DNA of 59,711 nucleotides from Candidatus Uhrbacteria bacterium (lineage in GTDB: Bacteria > Patescibacteriota > Patescibacteriia > JACQRZ01), in the NCBI GenBank assembly GCA_016186045.1, contig JACPMJ010000005.1:73143-132853 (forward strand). Direction: 5' to 3'. The notes below the pieces were generated by a model. It did no database searches. It saw only the letters and a program-made list of their open reading frames with translations, and was not told the DNA's origin. This document shows, piece after piece, positions 44,768 through 52,113 of this stretch; the first letter of the stretch is position 1, and the number at the start of each line of letters is the position of its first letter. The position numbers were made by a program, and so were the translations under genes.

Positions 44768-44949
44768 TATTGACCTTTCACAATTACGTTAACAAGGAAA
44801 AGTGTATGATTTTGAGACAGATCTGTAGCTCTGGAGCCGTAAAAAACCACAGTCGTACTATCAGTACAATGAGGATTTTTTGCGGTGAAGAGCAAGGAGC
44901 TGGTCAAAAGCATAGGCTTTTTCGTTAAGGTAATTGTGAAAGGTCAATA
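44768..44949. repeat. ~180-bp element bounded by 25/26-bp inverted repeats (MITE-like or long-stem RNA)
   Basis: attgacctttcacaattacGttaac (44769-44793) versus the reverse complement of 44924-44948, with one mismatch. T/A flanks are compatible with a TA duplication. The interior carries a small terminator-like hairpin AAAGC-ATAG-GCTTT+TT (44908-44923). Confidence 0.6.
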
Positions 44950-44976
44950 ATATGAGAGTGGCGAAAAATATTTTTG

Positions 44977-45129
44977 TCATCCCGAGTACCCCCCGGACGG
45001 CCGGCGGATGTGAAGAAGATCTCCAATGATATACAGATTTTTTATCACCATAGACTCCATAGTCTTGTTTTTTATTTCATGAAAATCCACGCCGCCGTCT
45101 ATCACTATCACGTCGTATGTTTTGTTCAT
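44977..45129 (-). pseudogene. Collapsed FAD/NAD(P)-oxidoreductase relic (50 codons)
   Basis: MNKTYDVIVIDGGVD... is a degenerate YDVIVIGGG Rossmann start. It is joined almost directly to ...NLYIIGDLL..., a GD-motif-like C-terminal segment. The 3' end overlaps the REP-like variant at 44976-45010. Confidence 0.4.
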
Positions 45130-45141
45130 AGTTGCAAGCAT

Positions 45142-45171
45142 AAAGAAAACCCCGCGTGTGCGGGGCTTTTT
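45142..45171. terminator. Bidirectional intrinsic terminator after cspA
   Basis: CCCCGC-GTGT-GCGGGG with T-runs on both strands. Confidence 0.65.
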
Positions 45172-45187
45172 CCAAAAGACAGAGACG

Positions 45188-45385
45188 TTATGCGCGCTGT
45201 ACATTGACAGCGTTTGGTCCCTTTGGCGAATCTTCCACGTCAAAGGAGACTGTGTCGCCTTCGCGGAGTTCATCAAAAGTGACGCCTACCAAAGATTTGC
45301 TATGAAAAAACAAATCTTTTGTTTGGCCGTCTTGGGCGATAAACCCAAAACCTTTGTCGGTCTTCTTTTTGATTGTTCCTTGCAT
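45188..45385 (-). CDS. cspA: Cold-shock protein (CspA family)
   Basis: MQGTIKKKTDKGFGFIAQDG...FFH (RNP1/RNP2 motifs). 65 aa. Confidence 0.95.
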   Translation of the reverse strand: MQGTIKKKTDKGFGFIAQDGQTKDLFFHSKSLVGVTFDELREGDTVSFDVEDSPKGPNAVNVQRA

Positions 45386-45478
45386 ATTATATATGAAAGA
45401 ATATAAGACAGCGTAAGTTGTGAACTATGTTGAAACTCGACGACTTTTCTTAATAACACACTCTTTTTGCTTGAAAAC

Positions 45479-45507
45479 ACTATATCATAGATCATTAAAA
45501 AAGTCAA
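45479..45507 (-). promoter_or_regulatory. Sigma70-like promoter for cspA with a ~90-nt leader
   Basis: Minus strand: TTGACT-17 nt-TATAGT. Long 5' UTRs are usual for csp genes. Confidence 0.5.
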
Positions 45508-45523
45508 ACTTCACTCTGTTTGT

Positions 45524-48295
45524 TTACTTATTCAATCTCTTAAGGATATCTCCAAGTATGCGTATCTGCGTACCATATTCCGCCCAATCTCCACTTTTCT
45601 GTGCCTGTAAAGCCGCCTCATACGCGCTCTTCGCACGCTGAAGATTATTCTCTTCCGCTGGTTCTATTCCATTCGGTTTCGTCTGTTTTTTTTCATCACT
45701 CGCGGAGGTTCCTGCGACCACATTTGAAATACCAAAAATCTTCGCCAATCCCTTTTCTATGGTTTCTTCCATGGCAATCTTATTTTCATACGCAACAATC
45801 ACGCGCTTTAATTCTGGAATCTTTCCGGACTCTGCCTTCAAATACAGCGGACGCACATATACGAGCGACTCCTCAATAGGAATGACTAAAAGCGGCCCCT
45901 GAATCACTTGAGACCCTCGCTGATCCCATAATGAGATCTGTCCGCTGATTTCCGCGTCTTGATTTATTCTGCCAATAATTTGTTTAGGGCCGAATATGAG
46001 TTTATCTTTGGGAAAACGGTATATCACAATCTCGCCATATTGTTCGCCATCATTCCTGGCCACCATCCACGCTGAAAGATTATCTTTTGCGCGCGGTGTA
46101 AATGGCAACATGAGAATATACTCTTCTTTTTTCTCACCCGGCAATTTCATAATCATATGGCTGGGAGCCATAGAGGAGCTCGCCTGTGCTGTATCTTGCG
46201 CGTATGCCGGCACCTCCCAAAGATCTTCTTTGTTATAAAAAATTTGGGGATCATCCATGTGATAGGTGGTATACATTGCCGTCTGCGCGGAAAAAATATC
46301 TTCCGGATATCGGAGATGCGATTTGAGTGATACTGGCAAATCAGATAGCGACTGGAACATATTTGGGAAAATACGCGCATACGTCTGCGCAATGGGGTCT
46401 GCTGGATCTGAAAGATAAAATTTTACATTGCCATTATAGGCGTCAATGGTGATTTTTACCGCATTGCGGATATAGTTCACCCGCTCACCGTTTACCATAA
46501 GCGGCTGAGAATACGGATACTTGTCAGTGGTTGTATACGCGTCAAGAATCCATATAAGTCTGCCATCCGCAATCACAAGATACGGATCTTTATCAACCAT
46601 CAAAAAAGGAGCTATCTGTTTCGCGCGCTCTGTGATATTTCTATACATCAAGAGTTTGCTTTCACTTGTGATATCGCCTGAAAGAAAAAATTTAAGGGAT
46701 TGAAATCGCACCGCATATACAAATTTTTGAAATAACGATTTTAATGGTATGCCTCCATCGCCTGTATACTCCGTAAAAACATTTTCTTCTCCCTGCGGGT
46801 AATCAAACTCTTTTGATTTTGTCTTTACAACGGCATAGGTATTTGCAAGCTCGCCATAATAAATTTCCGGACGCGTCACCTCCAATTCTTTCTTTTCAGA
46901 ACGAGGCGGCAAATCTTTGACAAAAAGGACGGGCAACCCTTCCGGAGTCGCTTGATTTACCGGCCCTGCCGTTACGCCATATCCATGCGTAAATGTAAGT
47001 CGTTCGTTTATCCATGATTTATTTGGCAAACTGTCAGAAGAAAGTTCGCGCGGTGAAAGTACGATCTGGCGCAACTCACCATCCAGCAAATACCGATCAT
47101 TGTCCACGGACGCAAACTCATAATATGTCCGAATCTCCTGAATTTGAGAAAAGGTAGAAAGTAACGGAGCGCGATCCCATAATCGCACGTTTCTAATAGT
47201 GGGAGTGTTCGCGGCAATATGCGCCGCAGACAATGTTTGCACCGCATCAATCTGCCGCTCTGAAATATTTTCAAGATTATACGCGGTGCGTGTGGCGGAA
47301 ATATTATGTTTGATAAACGGAGTCTCTTTTACCAATTCATTTGGCGCGACAATCAATTTTTGATACACCAGTGGCCCAAAACCAGTAGCTGTACTGATAA
47401 GTAAGGAGATAAAAAGTGCCCCGATGAGCGGTATCAATTTTCCGTTTACCGCGAAAAGTACCATTAAAACAGCGGCAACGCCAAAAGTAATCGCAGACGC
47501 GCGAAGCAAGGGAATGAGTATGTGCGCATCCGCGGCAGTGGCGCCAAAGACAAGACCATCTTGGCCAACAACAATAGTATGTAGTGAAAGAAACGTACCA
47601 ACTCCGATTGCCGCCAAGAAAAATGCAAAAAGCATACCAAGGTGAAGGCGAGCTTTGCCGTAAATACTATACCCGCCATCCACTACTATCTGACGGCGTT
47701 TCCCGAATTTTGATAATAGATTCGCAACATGCAAAACAAGATTTGACCCTCCTCGTAAAAAATAGATACTGCCGCTTCCAAGTATTGCGGCGAGAATAAA
47801 AAATTTCACCACACTCACGATCGCGGTATATATTGGAAGAGAGAAGACATAAAAAGAAATATCATATCCGAACAACGGATCAACTTTACCAAATGGAACG
47901 GCATACAAAAATTTGAGTATCTCTTGCCATCCGGAAGTTGCCGCAAACCCAACAAAAACTCCAAACATAATACTTGCCGCAAAACCTATCTTTTTACATA
48001 ATCTATCGCCTACTACAAACGCATAACCAAAAAACTGTTCAGGTATGGTAGTTTGCCATGAAGAACGAGAATGAAGCGCGATAAAAATATTGATTCCAAG
48101 AAAAAGAGAGGCGACCGCGCCAACACCGACACCAACAGCGATCTTCGCAAGAAGAGACGTAGTAAAAACATCAGTAAATCCCAATTTTTCAAACCACCAC
48201 CAATCGCCTATAAGCGCTATGACAAGTGAGAAAGATACAACGATAAGAGCGATAATTACAATGCCCGCTCCCAGAAAAAATCTTTGTATATTCAT
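45524..48295 (-). CDS. UPF0182-family large membrane protein
   Basis: 923 aa. An N-terminal polytopic region (GDWWWFEKLGF...) and a large soluble C-terminal part, as in COG1615. Confidence 0.8.
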   Translation of the reverse strand: MNIQRFFLGAGIVIIALIVVSFSLVIALIGDWWWFEKLGFTDVFTTSLLAKIAVGVGVGAVASLFLGINIFIALHSRSSWQTTIPEQFFGYAFVVGDRLCKKIGFAASIMFGVFVGFAATSGWQEILKFLYAVPFGKVDPLFGYDISFYVFSLPIYTAIVSVVKFFILAAILGSGSIYFLRGGSNLVLHVANLLSKFGKRRQIVVDGGYSIYGKARLHLGMLFAFFLAAIGVGTFLSLHTIVVGQDGLVFGATAADAHILIPLLRASAITFGVAAVLMVLFAVNGKLIPLIGALFISLLISTATGFGPLVYQKLIVAPNELVKETPFIKHNISATRTAYNLENISERQIDAVQTLSAAHIAANTPTIRNVRLWDRAPLLSTFSQIQEIRTYYEFASVDNDRYLLDGELRQIVLSPRELSSDSLPNKSWINERLTFTHGYGVTAGPVNQATPEGLPVLFVKDLPPRSEKKELEVTRPEIYYGELANTYAVVKTKSKEFDYPQGEENVFTEYTGDGGIPLKSLFQKFVYAVRFQSLKFFLSGDITSESKLLMYRNITERAKQIAPFLMVDKDPYLVIADGRLIWILDAYTTTDKYPYSQPLMVNGERVNYIRNAVKITIDAYNGNVKFYLSDPADPIAQTYARIFPNMFQSLSDLPVSLKSHLRYPEDIFSAQTAMYTTYHMDDPQIFYNKEDLWEVPAYAQDTAQASSSMAPSHMIMKLPGEKKEEYILMLPFTPRAKDNLSAWMVARNDGEQYGEIVIYRFPKDKLIFGPKQIIGRINQDAEISGQISLWDQRGSQVIQGPLLVIPIEESLVYVRPLYLKAESGKIPELKRVIVAYENKIAMEETIEKGLAKIFGISNVVAGTSASDEKKQTKPNGIEPAEENNLQRAKSAYEAALQAQKSGDWAEYGTQIRILGDILKRLNK

Positions 48296-48338
48296 ATCTC
48301 AATATAGTGACATTTTAAGCCAAAAAGTCAAGGGGGCA

Positions 48339-48367
48339 TAAAAAAACCACGATTCTAAACCGTGGTT
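48339..48367 (-). terminator. Intrinsic terminator after 48355-48708 (stop codon lies in the loop)
   Basis: Minus strand: AACCACG-9 nt-CGTGGTT then TTTTTTTA. Confidence 0.55.
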
Positions 48368-48708
48368 ATGACAGGAATCTCCATCGCCTTGAAACTGGAG
48401 TATTGGGCCTCTGCAATCTTTGCCACTGGTTTTGCGACGAGAATGAGAAAGTACTCACCCTCATAGCGATGTTCTTCGGTAAGACCACAGTTCATGCAGA
48501 TTCTGACGGTCTTTGTATGCTCTTTGCGTGGCGCCATCTTCAGAGGGGCTCCGTACCACTTCCATTGCCCCTCCCGAATATGTTCATGTGCGCATTTTGA
48601 GCGAAAATCACGAATCTCTTTCATGATTTTTCTCCGCAACTCCCCCGCCTCTTTTTTCAAGGTGAGAATCATTGCGCGCTGTATATCCATAGTATTCCAG
48701 CCATCCAT
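48355..48708 (-). CDS. Hypothetical 117-aa protein with a C-x2-H...C-x2-C motif
   Basis: ...RSKCAHEHIREGQWKW...VRICMNCGLTEEH... It has its own terminator. I recognise no family. Confidence 0.45.
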   Translation of the reverse strand: MDGWNTMDIQRAMILTLKKEAGELRRKIMKEIRDFRSKCAHEHIREGQWKWYGAPLKMAPRKEHTKTVRICMNCGLTEEHRYEGEYFLILVAKPVAKIAEAQYSSFKAMEIPVITTV

Positions 48709-48783
48709 GACCCTCTCCTCTCAATGAACGGTTTCGTATGTGTACTTTACATATAAAGCTCTATTTTTGTCAAGTACCTGACC

Positions 48784-48812
48784 TTGACATTTTCCACAGA
48801 TACCATTAGTAT
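48784..48812 (+). promoter_or_regulatory. Sigma70-like promoter for 48854-49213
   Basis: TTGACA-17 nt-TAGTAT. Confidence 0.5.
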
Positions 48813-48853
48813 AGTATGGATGAAGGGAAGGTAAAAAAGGATGGAATGAAAAC

Positions 48854-49213
48854 ATGCATAATCTGCCAATCCGGCTCAAGGCGACTCTTGCGCTTCACAA
48901 GGCGCTGGAAGACAGATTCCACTGTAGTAGTTGGGGGGTAACCTTTTGCGCGGATCTGCTAAAAGAAAACAGACACGCGCTCATTGGCGAGGCGACTTCA
49001 GACAATCTGGAAATCGTCTTCATCATCTTCGTGCTTGAGAGATACGACGAACTCATTCCCTATCACATCATCATAGAAAAAGAAGATGGGGAGCAATTCG
49101 CATGGATTCTTAGCCATGACGGCGAGATGTTCATCGCAAGAGAAGTCTCTCCTTGCCTCTCTCCTTTTTGGAATGACCTCTTTCCAAAAAATGAAAACAC
49201 CGCACCGCCCTGA
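48854..49213 (+). CDS. Hypothetical 119-aa protein
   Basis: It has its own promoter and terminator. I recognise no family. Confidence 0.45.
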   Translation: MHNLPIRLKATLALHKALEDRFHCSSWGVTFCADLLKENRHALIGEATSDNLEIVFIIFVLERYDELIPYHIIIEKEDGEQFAWILSHDGEMFIAREVSPCLSPFWNDLFPKNENTAPP

Positions 49214-49233
49214 CAGTACATGGCGGTTTTTTT
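49204..49233 (+). terminator. Intrinsic terminator after 48854-49213
   Basis: ACCGCC-12 nt loop (contains the TGA stop)-GGCGGT then TTTTTTT. Confidence 0.5.
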
Positions 49234-49801
49234 ATTTCAAAAGCTCATGCATGAGCACGCCCGCGCCGATGTTCTTTTTTGATGAATACGGAATCACGGG
49301 AACCGCCCCCGCGATGGCTTGGATTTTTTTCAGCTGTTCGGCGAGCTTCGCGACCTTGAGCTTATCTATCTTATTCGCAGCAATGATAACATCTTTTTTA
49401 TGTTCTTTCAGGCTATACAGCATCTTTTCATCATTCTCCGTCATTCCCACATTCGCGTCTATAATAAGTACCACTTTTTTCTGTTTATATTCTGACGTGA
49501 ATAAATACCAATAGATAAGCTGTTGGAGTCTATCCTGATCCGTCTTTGACCCTTTTGCAAATCCATATCCGGGCAGATCCACGAAATAAACGGATTTATT
49601 TATGAGAAAAAGAATAATCTCCCGCGTGCGTCCGGGAAATGAGCTGGTTCGGGCCAAGCCCTTTTGGCGCGTCAAAGAGTTTATGAGACTGGATTTACCG
49701 CTATTTGATCTGCCGATAAAGGCGATATAGGGTTTGTTTTTTTCCAAGTCCTTATCCGGTCCCACAATGCCTTTTACAAATACTGCTGATGGTGTCGCCA
49801 T
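49232..49801 (-). CDS. engB: Ribosome-biogenesis GTPase YihA/EngB
   Basis: G1 GRSNSGKSSLINSL, G3 DLPGYG, G4 NKIDK. Confidence 0.9.
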   Translation of the reverse strand: MATPSAVFVKGIVGPDKDLEKNKPYIAFIGRSNSGKSSLINSLTRQKGLARTSSFPGRTREIILFLINKSVYFVDLPGYGFAKGSKTDQDRLQQLIYWYLFTSEYKQKKVVLIIDANVGMTENDEKMLYSLKEHKKDVIIAANKIDKLKVAKLAEQLKKIQAIAGAVPVIPYSSKKNIGAGVLMHELLK

Positions 49802-49824
49802 AGATGGTTATGTTATCAGATGCT

Positions 49825-49890
49825 TTACCATGCGCACGACATACGACCAATGCCTGCTGACGTGCCAGTGATAAGAACAGATTCTTTCAT
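49825..49890 (-). pseudogene. 21-codon relic of an SDR N-terminus
   Basis: MKESVLITGTSAGIGRMSCAW* keeps the TGxxxGIG Rossmann motif, then stops. It starts 1 nt after the stop of 49892-50644. Confidence 0.45.
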
Positions 49891-49891
49891 A

Positions 49892-50644
49892 TTACTTTAC
49901 CCCATCATGAACACGATATTTTTCTTGTAACTTGAGAGCGAGAGCATCTTCAAAGGTAAGCCCGGTAAGTGTGCGAATATTCCGCCAAAGATACCATGCA
50001 ATCGCCATGGTCATCATCATAGCGGGAAGAGCGATGATAGGATAGCTGAAGAGGGTAAGCCGCCCAAGCTCCTCATTGAAGGCGATACTTCCCGTGGGGC
50101 TCGTCACCATCCACTTTGCAAGGATATAATTCATCGCTGAAGAAAAGAAAAATGTCCCGCTCAAGAGGTAGGTAGCGCGTACCAGCCGCGCCTCGAAAAG
50201 TTCCACAGAGGTATGCTCAAGAAGTTTTTGATGGATTTTTTCCACATTAAAAAGACTCGGGTTCATGAGTAACGCCTTGATAAAAGGATAGCGCGAGCGA
50301 GCGGAGATCAAGATTGCGATACCAATGATACCGGGAATAGCCGCCTCCTTTACGGCGAGCCACTGCGTATTCACACGGAGGAGACCAATACCGCCCGTCA
50401 AAAGTACGCTTATAAGACCAAAGAGCGCGATGACATTATATTTTTTGTATGTTATAAGCTCATACGTCCCCCAGCCCAGTGGAAAGGCAAGAGCCGTGAG
50501 AAGTCCGCCGCTCACACCGAGCATATGTTCTCCGCTCAATTTCATGAGAATAAGCGAAGGAATAAGAATACTCACCACAATATCAACAAGGGGATGAGAG
50601 GTATGCGCAGGTATCTTTTTCGAAAGATGCGTGTCGGTATCCAT
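49892..50644 (-). CDS. Polytopic membrane protein (VC0807/YciB-like by memory)
   Basis: ...PLVDIVVSILIPSLILMKLSGE..LG..GGLLTALAFPLGWGTYELI.YKKYNVIALFGLISVLLTGGIGLL... 250 aa. Confidence 0.6.
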   Translation of the reverse strand: MDTDTHLSKKIPAHTSHPLVDIVVSILIPSLILMKLSGEHMLGVSGGLLTALAFPLGWGTYELITYKKYNVIALFGLISVLLTGGIGLLRVNTQWLAVKEAAIPGIIGIAILISARSRYPFIKALLMNPSLFNVEKIHQKLLEHTSVELFEARLVRATYLLSGTFFFSSAMNYILAKWMVTSPTGSIAFNEELGRLTLFSYPIIALPAMMMTMAIAWYLWRNIRTLTGLTFEDALALKLQEKYRVHDGVK

Positions 50645-50648
50645 GCCG

Positions 50649-50714
50649 TTATTTTTCTTTTCCTTTCTTTGACTTTTTCTTCTCTTTTCTTTGGCTATTA
50701 TTTCCCTTTGCCAT
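50649..50714 (-). CDS. 21-aa Lys-rich micro-ORF MAKGNNSQRKEKKKSKKGKEK (paralog of 42448-42513)
   Basis: ATG..TAA read by hand. The stop lies 4 nt before the ATG of 49892-50644. Confidence 0.45.
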   Translation of the reverse strand: MAKGNNSQRKEKKKSKKGKEK

Positions 50715-50740
50715 ATATTTTGAGGTTGTTTATTAAATAC

Positions 50741-50791
50741 CTGGATTCCAGATCGGGCCTGTCCTCAACTTGATTGGGGATCTGGAATGAC
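50741..50791 (-). repeat. REP-like unit in the leader of micro-ORF 2
   Basis: ctggattccagatc...gatctggaatgac has a 10-bp stem ATTCCAGATC/GATCTGGAAT. It shares CTGGATTC, CCTGTCCTC, ACTTGAT and GGAATGAC with 38279-38332. Confidence 0.6.
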
Positions 50792-50903
50792 AATGGTAGT
50801 ATACACTATTCTTTAAATTTATAAAATAAAAAGAGCTGTCACTGTCACAGCAAGATGATAATCTAGTGTAGCAAAATAGAAATTTCCTACCTCCCCCCTG
50901 TTT

Positions 50904-50968
50904 CTGGAAACCGGGAAACCAGACCCGACACTGGTTTCCTCACTGGTTTCCTCAGACACCGGTTTCCT
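50904..50968. repeat. Array of five GGAAACC/GGTTTCC heptamers (2 + 3, inverted)
   Basis: GGAAACC at 50906 and 50914. GGTTTCC at 50933, 50945 and 50961. It lies just downstream of the SDR stop. Confidence 0.6.
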
Positions 50969-50979
50969 TTATTTACAAA

Positions 50980-51657
50980 CTACCACTCACGCTTTTTATT
51001 ATCTTGCCAAAGACACCCGGTTTCTTTGGTTATTTCTGCAAGAGAAAAAACATTTTCTGCAACATGCTCCGGAGAAATAATTGGTCCTTCTGTTTCTGTG
51101 GCGAGGGAGCGTCCCATATCAGTATTGATCCATCCGGGAGAAACTGCCGATACTATGATTCCCTGTGGTTTCAAGCGAAATGCGAGCTGGCGCGTATACA
51201 TATGTACCGCGGCTTTTGACATGCGATACCCTGCCGCCCATGGGCCGTCAATCGATGCTGAAAACGCTCCATACCCGGAGCCGATATTTATAACATGACT
51301 TCCCTTGGTCAGTAACGGCAATAGCCGCTCGGTAAGATCGACGAGTCCAACAACATTTACCTCGAGCGTAGTGCGAATTTTCTCCGCATCTGCAACCATA
51401 TCGTTTGACTCAATAAGCAGTGCGGCATTATTTACAATTACGTCAAGATGTGAAGTACGCGACATAATATCTTTTACGGCCTGCACAATTGAATTCGTAT
51501 CGCCTTGATCATATTGGATGGCGACAAGATTATTATTCGTAATAGGAATTTCTGTTTTCATATGCGTGCCTATGACTTGCCACCCTTCCTGAAGGAATTT
51601 TTTTGCCGTTGCAAGACCAATCCCACGACTCGCTCCGGTTATGAGTGCTGTTTTCAT
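50980..51657 (-). CDS. Short-chain dehydrogenase/reductase
   Basis: TGASRGIG and YRMSKAA (YxxxK). 225 aa. Confidence 0.9.
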   Translation of the reverse strand: MKTALITGASRGIGLATAKKFLQEGWQVIGTHMKTEIPITNNNLVAIQYDQGDTNSIVQAVKDIMSRTSHLDVIVNNAALLIESNDMVADAEKIRTTLEVNVVGLVDLTERLLPLLTKGSHVINIGSGYGAFSASIDGPWAAGYRMSKAAVHMYTRQLAFRLKPQGIIVSAVSPGWINTDMGRSLATETEGPIISPEHVAENVFSLAEITKETGCLWQDNKKREW

Positions 51658-51830
51658 ATTTTTTTCACATCCACAAGCGCCTGTCTATCATTTTTTAGCC
51701 ACGTCATATCGCCCTCTTTGGGCTCTGCCGCGGTATCAATAAATACAAGCTTACTTGCTTTAGATAAATCAACCTTCTTAGCGATATCATGCGCTACGGC
51801 ATGTACACTTGATGTGAGAAAAAGTTCCAT
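51654..51830 (-). pseudogene. 58-codon fragment resembling the N-terminus of a peptidase S51/GATase1-like protein
   Basis: MELFLTSSVHAVAHDIAKKVDLSKASKLVFIDTAAEP... then stops. Its TGA overlaps the SDR ATG (ATGA). Full-length family members are about 200 aa. Confidence 0.35.
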
Positions 51831-52113
51831 AGTATTATAAAAATCCTCCCATTTGCATGAAACTATTTCTTAAGACTGTAATTGTGCATCCATGCGACGT
51901 ACGCACCGCCCAATCCGGACTAAAGCGCTACACTGATGGTCCCAAGGATCCAACTGCCAATATCCATACCGGAAAATCCCGGAAGTAATTGAAAAAAAGC
52001 TAAGTGTAATTCTGCCGCCTTACCCGTAAGAAAACCCATACGCCATACAAATAGTGTAGGCGATCTCGCCGCCAGCGAGACAAAGCAAGGCATACTGTAT
52101 TATAACATCAGCC

